Of a stretch of DNA of 64,000 bases, positions 48,682 to 59,102 are shown one piece after another. Position numbers and translations under genes: made by a program. The notes below the pieces were generated by a model. That model saw only the letters and a program-made list of their open reading frames with translations. It was not told the origin of the DNA and ran no database searches. The stretch spans positions 58,118 through 122,117 of the forward strand of contig CAWHPR010000002.1 of NCBI GenBank assembly GCA_963831295.1, given 5' to 3'. How positions within the stretch are numbered: the stretch's first letter is position 1; the number at the start of each line of letters is the position of its first letter. Origin of the DNA: an uncultured Thermoleophilia bacterium. GTDB lineage: Bacteria; Actinomycetota; Thermoleophilia; UBA2241.

Positions 48682-49752
48682 TCAGCCTCCTCCGCCGCGG
48701 ACAGGGCGCCCCGTGAGCAGGAGGTCGTCGCACACCCTGCTCCATTCGACGTCCTCGAGCCGCCAGGCGGACGGCAGCGAGCTCACCGCCGGCATGGCGA
48801 ACAGCTCCGGCGCCCCACTGCCGACGACGATCGGGGCCAGGAAGAGCGTCAGGCGGTCGATCAGACCCTCCGCCAGCAGCGCCGCTCCCAGCGTCGGCCC
48901 GCCCTCGCAGAGCAGGTCGAGGAGGCCGCGCTGCGCCAGCTCCCGGAGCCCGGCGGCCAGACCGGAAGGCCCGGTCTCGACGATCTCGACGCCGCGTTCT
49001 GTGAGCAGCGGCGTAGCGCGCTCGTCGAGGCGCTCCGTCAGCAGGATGGTCGCCGCCGCCGCCGTGTCGAAGATCTTCGCGCCGGGCGGCACGCTGCCCG
49101 AGCGGCTCACGACCACGCGCGTCGGGTTGCGGCCCTCGCTGAGACGCACGGTGAGCTCGGGATCGTCGCGCCGGACCGTGCCCGCGCCAACGAGGACCGC
49201 GTCCGCCACCGAGCGTGACTGGTGGACCATCCGCCGGCTCTCCAGGCAGGAGATCCAGCGCGCGTCTCCGCCCGCGGCTGCCACCTTGCCGTCGAGGCTT
49301 GCCGCCGCCTTGTAGGTGACCAGCGGCAGACCGGTCTCGTAGAACTTCACGAAGGCGGCGTTCTGGCGGTGAGCGCGCCGCCCGTACTCCTCCTCGCGCA
49401 GTTCGAGGGCCACGCCCGCCTCCTCGAGAGCGGCGAGGCCGCGTCCGTCGACCAGCGGATTGGGATCGTGCCGGGCAACGACGACCCGGGCGACCCCGGC
49501 GGCGATGATGGCGTCGACGCAGGGCGGGGTGCGACCGTGATGACTGCAGGGCTCGAGCGTACAGTAGAGCGTCGCGCCGGCGGCGCACTCGCCCGCGTCG
49601 CGCAGTGCCACCACTTCGGCGTGCGGCTCGCCCGGCCCCCTGTGGTAGCCGCGCCCTATCACCTCGCCGTCACGTACGACGAGCGCACCGACCAGGGGAT
49701 TGGGATGCGTCAGGCCGCGCCCGAGTTCGGCGAGCGCGAAGGCCTCTTCCAT
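48682..49752 (-). CDS. ribD: Bifunctional diaminohydroxyphosphoribosylaminopyrimidine deaminase / 5-amino-6-(5-phosphoribosylamino)uracil reductase. Start at MEEAFALAEL, downstream of the riboswitch terminator. The ORF-track ATG at 49839 lies inside the riboswitch.
   Basis: CMP/dCMP deaminase zinc motif (HAEV...CTLEPCSHHG) plus the RibD C-terminal reductase domain. Confidence 0.92.
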   Translation of the reverse strand: MEEAFALAELGRGLTHPNPLVGALVVRDGEVIGRGYHRGPGEPHAEVVALRDAGECAAGATLYCTLEPCSHHGRTPPCVDAIIAAGVARVVVARHDPNPLVDGRGLAALEEAGVALELREEEYGRRAHRQNAAFVKFYETGLPLVTYKAAASLDGKVAAAGGDARWISCLESRRMVHQSRSVADAVLVGAGTVRRDDPELTVRLSEGRNPTRVVVSRSGSVPPGAKIFDTAAAATILLTERLDERATPLLTERGVEIVETGPSGLAAGLRELAQRGLLDLLCEGGPTLGAALLAEGLIDRLTLFLAPIVVGSGAPELFAMPAVSSLPSAWRLEDVEWSRVCDDLLLTGRPVRGGGG

Positions 49753-49770
49753 GTAGCGGTCCTCGGCCAC

Positions 49771-49925
49771 AATAAAACCCCGCATGCGGGGCTCCAGGGC
49801 GTCCGGCGCGCGATGCTCGCCGTCGTGGTCTTCTCTCATCCGGACTATGACCGTCGGCCCAGGAATCTCACCTGGTCAACCTCTCGCGAGGGTCGCGGGC
49901 TCTCACCGCCGGTGGGGACTTTCAC
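49771..49925 (-). promoter_or_regulatory. FMN riboswitch (RFN element) upstream of ribD. Aptamer about 49830..49925. Expression-platform terminator hairpin CCCCGCAUGCGGGG (49778..49791) followed by UUUUAUU.
   Basis: Minus-strand sequence GGGCGGGGUGAAAGUCCCCACCGGCGGUGAGAGCCCGCGACC...GGUUGACCAGGUGAGAUUCCUGGGCCGACGGUCAUAGUCCGGAUGAGAGAAG matches the conserved RFN cores. Confidence 0.9.
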
Positions 49926-49942
49926 CCCGCCCTGAAGCCACG

Positions 49943-49972
49943 TTTCAGTGTGCTATGGGACCAGTATAGGAC
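49943..49972 (-). promoter_or_regulatory. Sigma70-like promoter for the FMN riboswitch / rib operon: -35 TTGCGA, 18-nt spacer, -10 TATACT.
   Basis: Hexamers read directly, ~15 nt upstream of the aptamer. Confidence 0.6.
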
Positions 49973-50006
49973 GTCGCGGGCCACGCTCGCAACACCGGCG
50001 GCTGCG

Positions 50007-50681
50007 TCAGCCCGTGGCCGCCTGTTGCAGGGTCCGGAAGCGCGCTTCGACGTCGGCTCCCCCGAAGACGCTGCTGCCGGCGACCAGCAGGTTGGCGCCG
50101 GCCTCGACGAGATCACGCGCGTTCAACTCGGTGACACCGCCGTCGATCTCGAGCGCCACCTCCGCGGGCAGGAGCTCGCGGGCACGCGCCACCTTCTCGA
50201 GCGAGCCCGCGATGAAGGACTGGCCGCCGAAACCGGGGTCGACAGACATGATGAGCACGAGGTCGCAGTGGTGTCGTATCTCGGCGAGCGTCTCGACCGG
50301 CGTGGCCGGGTTGAGCGAGACTCCCGCCGCGGACCCGGCGTCACGGATCGTCTGCATGACGCGGTGGAGGTGCGTGCACGCCTCCTGGTGGACGGTGATC
50401 ACGTCGGCGCCCGCCGCCGCGAAGACTCCGACGAACGCCTCAGGGCGCTCGATCATCAGATGAACATCGATCAGAGCGCCGGCGCCGTGCACCAAGGGAG
50501 CGAGGGCGCTCACGACCACCGGCCCGATGGTGAGGTTCGGCACGAAGTGGCCGTCCATGACGTCGACGTGGATCACCCGGGCGCCGGCGCCCAGCACGAC
50601 CTCCACCTCGTCGCTGAGGCGGCCGAAGTCGGCCGAGAGGATCGAGGGTGCCACGAGTGTCTCGCGCAGCAGGTCGGTCAT
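50007..50681 (-). CDS. rpe: Ribulose-phosphate 3-epimerase.
   Basis: Rpe family similarity (SILSADF, HVDVMDGHFVPN). Confidence 0.95.
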   Translation of the reverse strand: MTDLLRETLVAPSILSADFGRLSDEVEVVLGAGARVIHVDVMDGHFVPNLTIGPVVVSALAPLVHGAGALIDVHLMIERPEAFVGVFAAAGADVITVHQEACTHLHRVMQTIRDAGSAAGVSLNPATPVETLAEIRHHCDLVLIMSVDPGFGGQSFIAGSLEKVARARELLPAEVALEIDGGVTELNARDLVEAGANLLVAGSSVFGGADVEARFRTLQQAATG

Positions 50682-52144
50682 CGCTCTCCTCGCTCGCTCG
50701 TGTGGTCGGTCTGCACCTGGGACGGCGACTCGGGCCGGCGCCGTGGTCGGGGTCGCTCGATTCTATCGTCATCCGCGGCCGCCCGCCGCAGACGAGCGAT
50801 GAAGAAGCCACTCGAGCCGTCGCCCGGCGGAAGCGTCCGCAGGAAGGCGCCGTTCTCCGGATGAGCCGACTGCGGACGGACGGCGCCGAGGTCGTCGAAC
50901 GACCACTCGGCGCCGTCCGCGAACCCCTCGACCACGGCGACGGTCTCCTGGCGCGTGAGCGTGCAGACCGCATAGGTCAGGGTGCCGCCCGGGCACACGC
51001 AGGCGGCCGCGGCGGCCAGCAGGCGCCGTTGCAGCTTCGCCATGCGGACGACGTCGCCCGGCCCGCGCCGCCAGCGCAGATCGGGCCGGGCCGCCATCGT
51101 GCCCAGCCCCGTACACGGCGCGTCCACGAGCACCGCGGCGAACGCCCCGGCGAAGGACGGCGGCAACTCGAGCGCGTCCGCCTGTACGACGACGACGCCG
51201 GGGTCCTCGTGCGCCTCCGCACCCTCCCCGGCCGTCACCGACACACCCATGCGGCGCAGATTGCGCTCCATGGCGGCAAGGCGCCCGGGGTGTACGTCGA
51301 CCGCGACGATCCTCGCCTCGGGGCACAGTGCCGCCAGGTGCGCCGTCTTCACGCCCGGGGCGGCGCACAGGTCCAGCACCGTCCTGGGCGCATCGGCGAC
51401 GGTCAGCGGCGCCACCAGCTGCGACCCGCGCGACTGCGACGTCACGAAGCCGTCGCGAAACGCCGCGCTCGTCTCCAGCGGGGGTCCCTCGACCACGAAG
51501 CTCTCATCCATACCGGCGACACGCTGCACGCCGTAGCCGCCGGCCTCGAGCGCGGCACGAGCGCCGTCCGGCGTCGCGATCAGTGTGTTCACACGCAGGC
51601 ACCGCTCCGGGGCATGTGCCGCGGCCTCGAGGACACCGGCCACGGCCGCGTCGCCGAGATCGCGCCGCAGCTGCGCCACGATCCACTCGGGCGCCGAGAA
51701 GCGGACGCTCAGCGCCCGGTCGTCGTCACCTTCGCCCAGTTCGGCGAGCACTACTCTGCCTTCCTTCGCCACGCGGCGCAGCACCGCGTTCACGAAGCCG
51801 CGACGGTGCCGCGACCGCCCCGCCATCTCGACCGCATCGTCGACGACTGCGTACGCCGGCACCCTGTCGAGGAAGAGCAGCTGGTACGCGCCGAGCCGCA
51901 GTACGTCGAGGAGGTCGCCCTCGATGCGACCCGGCGCCGCGGCGACCGCCCGAACGACCGCGTCGCACGAGCCGCGACGCCGCAGACTGCCCGTCACCAG
52001 CTCGTAGGCCAGCGCCCGATCGCGCTCGTCAAGGTCGCCGAACTCCGGTATCCCGGACGGCGACTCATCGAGGGGGGCACGCCCGCGGCGCAGCCGGCGC
52101 AGCACTGCCAGAGCGGCCCTCCGTGCCGGGCTCACACCGCTCAA
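50678..52144 (-). CDS. rsmB: 16S rRNA (cytosine967-C5)-methyltransferase RsmB/Sun. Start uncertain: TTG at 52144 overlapping the fmt stop, or GTG at 52135. The ORF-track extension is spurious.
   Basis: NusB-like N-terminal domain; SAM MTase motifs (DLCAAPGVKT, PCTGLG); fmt-rsmB synteny. Confidence 0.88.
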   Translation of the reverse strand: MSGVSPARRAALAVLRRLRRGRAPLDESPSGIPEFGDLDERDRALAYELVTGSLRRRGSCDAVVRAVAAAPGRIEGDLLDVLRLGAYQLLFLDRVPAYAVVDDAVEMAGRSRHRRGFVNAVLRRVAKEGRVVLAELGEGDDDRALSVRFSAPEWIVAQLRRDLGDAAVAGVLEAAAHAPERCLRVNTLIATPDGARAALEAGGYGVQRVAGMDESFVVEGPPLETSAAFRDGFVTSQSRGSQLVAPLTVADAPRTVLDLCAAPGVKTAHLAALCPEARIVAVDVHPGRLAAMERNLRRMGVSVTAGEGAEAHEDPGVVVVQADALELPPSFAGAFAAVLVDAPCTGLGTMAARPDLRWRRGPGDVVRMAKLQRRLLAAAAACVCPGGTLTYAVCTLTRQETVAVVEGFADGAEWSFDDLGAVRPQSAHPENGAFLRTLPPGDGSSGFFIARLRRAAADDDRIERPRPRRRPESPSQVQTDHTSERGER

Positions 52145-53076
52145 GAGCGTGCCAGCGCGCGGCCGGCGCCGCGCAGGAACTCGGCCGCGCTCATGCGCCG
52201 CCCACCCGCGCGCTGGAGCTCGAGGATCTCGACCGCCCCGTCGCCGGCCCCGACGAGCAGACGCCCGCCGGGCAGGACGGCGAGCGCGGCCGGCGAGACC
52301 GCCGGTACGCCGCCGGCCGCCCCTTCTGTCGGGAGGGCGAGCGCGGCCCGCCACACGAACATCCGCGCGCCGAGCAGCTCCGTAAGGGCGCCGATGTGCG
52401 GCGACAACGCACGAACCTGGTCGACGACGCCGCGGGCCGGGCGCGCCCAGTCGATGGTGCGGTCCTCCACCGTCACCTTCTCGGCGTAGGTGGCCTCGCC
52501 TTGCTGCTCGACCCAGCGCGCTTGGCCCGCCTCCACGGCATCCAGCGTCGCAAGCAGCGCCTCGACGGCGACCGGCGCCAGCGTCGCGTATGCCTGGCCG
52601 GCGTCCGCGTCCCGCGGCACGTGGGCCAGCCTGGTCTCGCCGACGGGGCCCTCATCGATTCCGGCGGTCATGCGCAGCACGGTCACGCCGAGATCGGTCT
52701 CCCCGGCCATGAGCGCACGCTCCACGGGAGCGGCGCCGCGCCATCTGGGCACGAGCGACGGATGCACGACGAGACACGTGAGCGCCTCCAGCACAGCCGG
52801 CCCGACGATCTGCCCGTACGCGCAGGCCACCAGGGCGTCGGGTCCGTGACTCAGCAGCTCACGCAGCGGCTCGCCGGCGGCCAGCCTCTCGGGCTGCAGC
52901 ACCGGGAGGCCACGCTCGACCGCCGTGACCTTCACGACCGAAGGCTGCGGCGTGCCGCGGCGGCCCTTCGGCCGGTCGGGGTTGGTGATGACGACGACGG
53001 GCGCGTGCCTCGTGTCGAGGAGCCCGCGAAGCACTGTGTCGGCCAACGGGGCCGTGCCGGCGAAGGCGAGTCGCAT
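52141..53076 (-). CDS. fmt: Methionyl-tRNA formyltransferase.
   Basis: Fmt family similarity (MRLAFAGTAP..., HPSLVPRWRGAAP). Confidence 0.93.
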   Translation of the reverse strand: MRLAFAGTAPLADTVLRGLLDTRHAPVVVITNPDRPKGRRGTPQPSVVKVTAVERGLPVLQPERLAAGEPLRELLSHGPDALVACAYGQIVGPAVLEALTCLVVHPSLVPRWRGAAPVERALMAGETDLGVTVLRMTAGIDEGPVGETRLAHVPRDADAGQAYATLAPVAVEALLATLDAVEAGQARWVEQQGEATYAEKVTVEDRTIDWARPARGVVDQVRALSPHIGALTELLGARMFVWRAALALPTEGAAGGVPAVSPAALAVLPGGRLLVGAGDGAVEILELQRAGGRRMSAAEFLRGAGRALARS

Positions 53077-53080
53077 GCGG

Positions 53081-53674
53081 TCAGAGATCGGCGGCGCCGC
53101 GCACGGCGGACGCGTGCCCGGGTGCGGCCGACGCGGCGTCGCGCAGCGCCCGCAGGGCCTCGGAGCGGGCCTCGACCGTCGTGCGGTCGACGATCAACAC
53201 GCCCTCCAGGTGATCGTGCTCGTGCTGGATGACGCGCGCCTCGAACTCCACCGCCTCGAACTCGACGGGCTCGCCATAGACATCGCGGGCCCGGACGGTG
53301 ACCCGCACTGGACGTTCGACGGGGACGCGGCTGTCGGGCACGCTGAGGCAGCCCTCCTCCCCGGTCTCCGTCTCCTGGGAGGCCGCCACGATCTCGGGGT
53401 TCACGAGAGCCTGTGGATCGCCCTCGTCGACCTCGTAGACGATGAGCCGCTGCGGGACACCGAGCTGCGGAGCCGCGAGACCGACACCCGGCGCGTCGTG
53501 CATGATGCGCACCATGCGCTTGGCCAGCTTGCGCAAACCGCGGTCGAACGCCGTGACCTCCCGCGCCCGCTCGCGCAGGACGGCGTCGCCGATCACGCGG
53601 ATCTCGCGGCGCGCCTCGCGCTGACGCCGCGTCAGCTCCTCGTCACGCTCCATAGCCTGATGTGATGTCGCCAT
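53081..53674 (-). CDS. def: Peptide deformylase.
   Basis: Def motifs (GVGLAAPQ, EGCLSVP, HEHDHL). Confidence 0.93.
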   Translation of the reverse strand: MATSHQAMERDEELTRRQREARREIRVIGDAVLRERAREVTAFDRGLRKLAKRMVRIMHDAPGVGLAAPQLGVPQRLIVYEVDEGDPQALVNPEIVAASQETETGEEGCLSVPDSRVPVERPVRVTVRARDVYGEPVEFEAVEFEARVIQHEHDHLEGVLIVDRTTVEARSEALRALRDAASAAPGHASAVRGAADL

Positions 53675-53701
53675 GCTCTTATCGTACCTCCGCGCGCGGA
53701 C

Positions 53702-56071
53702 TCACAACCACTGCGGGTCGACATCGGCCACGAGACGGGCGCCTCGCGCGGAGAAGCGCTGCGCGGCGCGCGCCACCCACGGACCAAGGAGCTCAAGGGT
53801 CTCGGCGATCGTCGACGTCTTGACCAGGAGCCGGCAGGCGGAGCGGTCGCGCTCCCGCCAGAGCGGGCCGGGCCCGAGCACCTGCGCGTCGGCGCCGAGA
53901 AGCGCCTGAACCCTCTCGGCGACGTAGAAGCCCCCCTTCTCGGCCTTGTCGGCGGAGACCGAGGAGACCTCGAGCCCGATGAGGTGCGTCGCGGGAGGAT
54001 ACCCGAGCGCCTGTCGCCGCTCGAGCTCCTCGACGTAGAAGCGCTCCCACTCGCCCGAGGCGGCCAGCGCGATCGGCCGCGCCTCGGGATCGAGCGTCTG
54101 CACCAGCACGCGTCCGGGACGGGGGCCACGACCGCTGCGCCCGCCCACCTGGACGATCATCGCGAAGGTGCGCTCCTCGGCCCTGAAGTCGGGGAAGTGC
54201 AGCGTCAGGTCCGCGTTCACCACGCCGACGAGCGTGACCTCCGGGAAGTGGTGCCCCTTGGCGATCATCTGGGTGCCGACCAGCACCGCCGGGCCGGGCT
54301 CCGCGAAGCGGTCAAGCACGGCCCGCAGTCGCCCGTGTGAGGAGGCGACGTCCGAGTCGAGCCGCAGCAGCTCGACGCCCGGGGCGAGCGACTGGACCTC
54401 GCGCTCGACGCGCTCGGTCCCGAATCCGTAGCGCACGACGTCGGAGCTTGCGCACGTCGGGCAGACGGAGGGGGCTGGCTGGCTGTGCCCACAGGTACGG
54501 CAACGCAGGCCCTTCCCCGCGCCGAAGAGGGTCAGGGCCACGTCGCAGCGCGGGCACTCCCAGGCATGGCCGCAGTGGTCGCAAGCCAGTGACGACGCGT
54601 ATCCGCGGCGATTCTGGAAGAGGATCGCCTTCTCGCCGGCTTCGAGCGTGGTCGTGAGCGCCGCCGCGAGCTCGGGAGAGAAGATGTCGTGACGGTCGCG
54701 CATGTCGACCACCTCGAGCGGCGGTGGCGACGACCCGTCGACGCGGCGCGGCAGGTCGAGATGCAGCGCCACGCGGGCGTAGGCCTCGAGACTCGGCGTC
54801 GCCGACGCCAGAAGGACGACCGCGCCCTCCGCCTGCGCGCGCCAGCGCGCCGCCCGGCGGGCGTCGTAGGCCGGCACGTTCTCCTGCTTGTAGGAGGTGT
54901 CGTGCTCCTCGTCGATCACCAGCAGTCCGAGGTCCGAAAGCGGGGCGAAGACGGCCGAGCGGGCGCCCACGACGATGCGCCGTTCTCCCCTGGCGATGGC
55001 GACGTAGGTGGCGAGACGCTCGCCCGCCGCCAGACCCGAGTGCACGACCGCGACCTGCTCGTCGCCGAAGCGTTCCCGCACGCGGGCCACCGTCTGCCCG
55101 GTGAGGCCGATCTCCGGCACGAGGATCAGGACCGACCGGCCGGACTCGAGCGTCGCGGCGGCAGCGCGCAGGTAGACCTCAGTCTTACCACTGCCGGTCA
55201 CGCCGTGAAGCAGGACCTCATCCCCCGCACCGGCGTCGCAGAGGATCGCGTCGAGCGCGCGGCGCTGCTCGGGGAGCAGATCGTGCAGGTCCGCGGATGC
55301 GACGCACGCGGCACGCCTGGCGGCGGCCGCGCCCGCCGGGTCCGGACCGGGCGCCGTCGTCGCGTCGGGCGCCGCAGGAGCCTCGACGACGGCGCCGCAA
55401 GCGACGAGCCGGCGCAAGCCGGCCGCGCTCACGCCGGTGGCGGCCCGCAGATCCCGTTCGGCGACCGGCCCGCCGCGCTCGAGCGCCTCGAGCGCGGCCC
55501 GCTGCCGCCCGCCGCAGCGTGGCGGCGGGGGCGCGTCGCCCCGCGCCAGTCGCGGCCCCCGGTCGACGAGACCGACGACGTGGACATCGTAGCTGGTGCG
55601 CACCCATCCGCGCCGTCGAGAGCGCGCGGCCGCCTTGGCCAGAGTGCGGTCGTTCGCGGGGCTTCCGTCCAGCGCGAGCAGCCCCTCCTCCCCGGCCTCG
55701 GCGGCGGCGCGGCCGGCCGCCGTCAACGCGAGCCGCCGGTCGATGCGCAGCGCGGCCGTCGGGGGCGTCACCAGGGCCAGCGCCGTCGGCAGCGGCGCGA
55801 GGTAGTAGGCCGCCACGCGGCGCGCGAGGTCGAGCAGCGCCGCCGGCACCGGCGGCAGGTCGAGCACATCGCCGAGAGGCAGCAGCCGCCCGGGGTGCTG
55901 CGGCGTGGCGCGGTGCTCGAGCACCAGGCCCATCACCGTCTGGCCGCCGAGGGGCACGACCACGAGCGCGCCCACCTGGGCGCGGCCGGCGAGCTCGGCC
56001 GGGACCTCGTACTCGAAGGGCTCGTCGAACGCCCTGGTGCGCACCAGGGGCATGACGGCGACGCACGTCAC
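53702..56071 (-). CDS. priA: Primosomal protein N' (PriA helicase).
   Basis: Walker A GVTGSGKTEVY; DEEH box; Cys4 zinc-binding insert (CDHCG...CPRC...CRTCGH...CPTC). Confidence 0.93.
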   Translation of the reverse strand: MTCVAVMPLVRTRAFDEPFEYEVPAELAGRAQVGALVVVPLGGQTVMGLVLEHRATPQHPGRLLPLGDVLDLPPVPAALLDLARRVAAYYLAPLPTALALVTPPTAALRIDRRLALTAAGRAAAEAGEEGLLALDGSPANDRTLAKAAARSRRRGWVRTSYDVHVVGLVDRGPRLARGDAPPPPRCGGRQRAALEALERGGPVAERDLRAATGVSAAGLRRLVACGAVVEAPAAPDATTAPGPDPAGAAAARRAACVASADLHDLLPEQRRALDAILCDAGAGDEVLLHGVTGSGKTEVYLRAAAATLESGRSVLILVPEIGLTGQTVARVRERFGDEQVAVVHSGLAAGERLATYVAIARGERRIVVGARSAVFAPLSDLGLLVIDEEHDTSYKQENVPAYDARRAARWRAQAEGAVVLLASATPSLEAYARVALHLDLPRRVDGSSPPPLEVVDMRDRHDIFSPELAAALTTTLEAGEKAILFQNRRGYASSLACDHCGHAWECPRCDVALTLFGAGKGLRCRTCGHSQPAPSVCPTCASSDVVRYGFGTERVEREVQSLAPGVELLRLDSDVASSHGRLRAVLDRFAEPGPAVLVGTQMIAKGHHFPEVTLVGVVNADLTLHFPDFRAEERTFAMIVQVGGRSGRGPRPGRVLVQTLDPEARPIALAASGEWERFYVEELERRQALGYPPATHLIGLEVSSVSADKAEKGGFYVAERVQALLGADAQVLGPGPLWRERDRSACRLLVKTSTIAETLELLGPWVARAAQRFSARGARLVADVDPQWL

Positions 56072-56099
56072 GCGTCACCCCCGGCGAGGCCGCCGGCGC

Positions 56100-57308
56100 T
56101 TACGCCAGACCCGCGGCCGCTCGCAGGGCATCGGCCTTGTCGGTGCGCTCCCACGTGAAGTCGTGGTCGTGGCGGCCGAAATGGCCGTAGGCCGCCGTCT
56201 TGCGGTAGATCGGCCGGCGCAGGTCGAGGTCGCGGAGGATCGCGGCGGGTCGCAAGTCGAAGTGCTCGTGCACGAGCCGCTCGATGACGGCGACATCCAC
56301 CTTCTCCGTGCCCTGGCAGTCGATCATGAGGGAGACCGGGTGCGCGATGCCGATGGCGTAGGCGACCTGCACCTCGCAGCGCTCGGCGAGACCGCCGGCG
56401 ACCACGTTCTTGGCGACGTAGCGGGCCGCGTACGCGCCCGAGCGGTCGACCTTGCTGGGGTCCTTGCCCGAGAAGGCGCCTCCCCCGTGGCGGGCGGAGC
56501 CGCCGTAGGTGTCGACGATGATCTTGCGACCCGTCAGCCCCGCGTCACCCATCGGCCCGCCGATGACGAACTTGCCGGTCGCGTTGATCACGACGAGGTC
56601 TTCGAGCTTCGCGCTGTAGAGCTCTTTGGGAAGGATCGGCTCGACGACCTGCTCGAGAAGGTCGGGGTAGATGATGCTCTGCAGGTCGGCGCTCTCGGCG
56701 TGCTGCGCGGCGAGCACGACCTTGGTGACCTCGACCGGACGCCCGTCCTCGTAGCGCACCGTCACCTGCGACTTGCCGTCGGGACGAAGGTAGGGCAGGA
56801 TCTCGGCCTTGCGCACGTCGGCGAGGCGGCGCGCCAGTTTGTGGGCCAGCGAGATCGGCAGCGGCATCAGCTCGGGCGTCTCGTCGCAGGCGAAGCCATA
56901 CATCATGCCCTGGTCGCCGGCGCCCTGCAGATCGAGGATGTCGTCGTCGTTCACGTCGGTGCGCACCTCAAGCGAGTGCGACACGCCCTGGCTGATGTCG
57001 GCCGACTGCTCGTCGATCGCGACCATCACGCCGCAGGTCTCGTAGTCGTAGCCGTAGAGCGCGTTGGTGTACCCCACGTCGCGCACGGTCTCGCGCACGA
57101 TCGTGGGGATGTCGACATACGTCTCGGTCGAGATCTCGCCGGCGACGAATGCGAGGCCCGTGGTGACGAGCGTCTCGCACGCGACGCGCCCATAGGGATC
57201 GTCGGCAAGGACCGCATCGAGGATGGCATCTGAGATCTGGTCGGCGAGCTTGTCGGGATGGCCTTCGGTGACCGACTCGGATGTGAACAGATAGCTGCGC
57301 TTCTCCAC
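56100..57308 (-). CDS. metK: S-adenosylmethionine synthase. GTG start with RBS AGGAGG; the ORF-track extension is spurious.
   Basis: MetK family similarity ([23 protein letters not shown]). Confidence 0.95.
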   Translation of the reverse strand: MEKRSYLFTSESVTEGHPDKLADQISDAILDAVLADDPYGRVACETLVTTGLAFVAGEISTETYVDIPTIVRETVRDVGYTNALYGYDYETCGVMVAIDEQSADISQGVSHSLEVRTDVNDDDILDLQGAGDQGMMYGFACDETPELMPLPISLAHKLARRLADVRKAEILPYLRPDGKSQVTVRYEDGRPVEVTKVVLAAQHAESADLQSIIYPDLLEQVVEPILPKELYSAKLEDLVVINATGKFVIGGPMGDAGLTGRKIIVDTYGGSARHGGGAFSGKDPSKVDRSGAYAARYVAKNVVAGGLAERCEVQVAYAIGIAHPVSLMIDCQGTEKVDVAVIERLVHEHFDLRPAAILRDLDLRRPIYRKTAAYGHFGRHDHDFTWERTDKADALRAAAGLA

Positions 57309-57465
57309 CGTACCTCCTGACGACCGACGCGCCGTCGGCACGACGGCGCGCGAAACGATGCTGGAGCTGTCTGGCCGCCGCGCGGCGCGCCCAGCTGCCG
57401 GGCCCGCGGCCCAGCGGAGTCTACCAGAGGGTCCGGGGGGCCTCAACGGCGCCCGGCACTGCCCT

Positions 57466-58461
57466 TCAGCCCGGGTGGCGCTCCTGCTTCGGCTGGCGCG
57501 CCATGAGGCGTCCCACGCATTCGGCAGGTGTGGCGTGCCCTTCGAGGACCGCGTACACCTGCTCGGTGATCGGCAGCTCGATCCCGAGACGAGCGGCCAG
57601 GTCGTGGAGAGCCCGCGCCGTGGGGATGCCCTCCACGACCTGGCCCACGACCTTCTCGACCTCCGCGGGCGACACGCCCTGCGCGAGGAGCTCGCCGGCG
57701 CGCCGGTTTCGGCTGTGCCGCGACGTGCACGTGGCGATCAGGTCGCCGATGCCGGCGAGACCGGCGAAGGTCTCGAGGCGCCCGCCCATCCTCTGGCCGA
57801 TGCGGGTGACCTCGGCGAGGCTGCGTGTGAGGAGAGCGGCGCGCGAGTTGTCGCCGAATCCCAGACCGTCGGACATGCCGACCGCGACCGCGATGGGGTT
57901 CTTGGCGGCGCCGCAGAACTCGACGCCGAGCACGTCGTCGTTCGTGTAGACCCTGAAGGTGTCGCTCATGATCGCCGCCTGGAGCCGGGAGGCGACGGTG
58001 TCGTCCGCGCTCGCCACCACCGTCGCCGCAGGCATGTCGCGCGCCACCTCTTCGGCATGGTTGGGGCCCGACAGGACGGCGACGGGCCCGCCCGTCTCGG
58101 CAAGGATCGCCTCGGACGGGCGGGCGAACGTCCCGAGCTCGACACCCTTGGCCAGCGAGAGCTGCAGCGAATCGGAGGTCCGTCGCGGCGCCACCCAGCG
58201 CGCGACCTCCCGGATCACCTGCGTCGGCACCGCGTAGACGATGAGCTCGCTGCAGGAGATGTCGGCCGCCTCCATCGAGACGAAGCGGACCTCGGGCGGC
58301 AGCGTCACCCCCGACAAGAAGTGCGGGTTCTCGTGGCGGCGGTTGAGCTCGTCCGCCTCGTCGGCGGTGAGCGTCAGCACCTGCACGCGATGGCCGTTCC
58401 GGTGGAGAAGCCTGGAGAAGGCGCTCCCCCAGCTGCCCGAGCCGATCACGGTGACGTCCAT
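57466..58461 (-). CDS. gpsA: NAD(P)H-dependent glycerol-3-phosphate dehydrogenase. Start at [12 protein letters not shown]; the ORF-track extension is spurious.
   Basis: GpsA family similarity, Rossmann GSGSWG. Confidence 0.93.
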   Translation of the reverse strand: MDVTVIGSGSWGSAFSRLLHRNGHRVQVLTLTADEADELNRRHENPHFLSGVTLPPEVRFVSMEAADISCSELIVYAVPTQVIREVARWVAPRRTSDSLQLSLAKGVELGTFARPSEAILAETGGPVAVLSGPNHAEEVARDMPAATVVASADDTVASRLQAAIMSDTFRVYTNDDVLGVEFCGAAKNPIAVAVGMSDGLGFGDNSRAALLTRSLAEVTRIGQRMGGRLETFAGLAGIGDLIATCTSRHSRNRRAGELLAQGVSPAEVEKVVGQVVEGIPTARALHDLAARLGIELPITEQVYAVLEGHATPAECVGRLMARQPKQERHPG

Positions 58462-59102
58462 CAGGAGGCCCCCCTCGCGTCGCGGCCGGCCTTGGCGGAC
58501 CGCACTCCCCAAGGCGGCGTGAAGCGGCGTTCGGCGCCATGCCGCAGGCGTGCGATGTTGTCGCGATGGGCGAAGACGACGATCGCGGCGGCCAGCACGG
58601 CGGCGATCTCGTAGGCCAGCGGGTTGTCGCGCACGATCACCAGCACCGGGAGCGCGACGGTCCCGGTCAGCGAGGCCACGCTGACGATGCGCACCGTGAA
58701 CACCAGCACGAGCCAGACGCCGAAGATGATGAGGAACACGAAGGGCTCGAGGGCGAGGACGACACCGGCGCCCGTCGCGACCCCTTTGCCGCCGCGTCCG
58801 CGCAGGAAGACCGAGTACATGTGACCGACGACCGGCGCGGCGGCGACGAAGACCGCCGCCCACGGGTCGAACACGAGCGACGCGGCCAGGGCCGGCACGA
58901 ACCCCTTGGCGATATCCAGGAAGAAGACGGCGATGCCGGCCTTCTTGCCGAGCACGCGAAAGACGTTGGTCGTCCCCGTGTTGCCGGAACCGCGTTCGCG
59001 CACGTCGATCGCGTAGAACAGGCGTCCGACGATGAGACCGAACGGGATCGCGCCGACCAGGTAGGCCAGCACCACCATCGTCGCGAAGAGCACGACGGTC
59101 AC
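58461..59102 (-). CDS. plsY: Glycerol-3-phosphate acyltransferase PlsY.
   Basis: PlsY family similarity (GSGNTGTTN). Confidence 0.92.
   Translation of the reverse strand: MTVVLFATMVVLAYLVGAIPFGLIVGRLFYAIDVRERGSGNTGTTNVFRVLGKKAGIAVFFLDIAKGFVPALAASLVFDPWAAVFVAAAPVVGHMYSVFLRGRGGKGVATGAGVVLALEPFVFLIIFGVWLVLVFTVRIVSVASLTGTVALPVLVIVRDNPLAYEIAAVLAAAIVVFAHRDNIARLRHGAERRFTPPWGVRSAKAGRDARGAS

Noticed and set aside
57309-57465. SAM riboswitch upstream of metK.
   Set aside because: I compared against SAM-I/SAM-IV conserved cores and found no convincing match. Only a plain GC hairpin is present.
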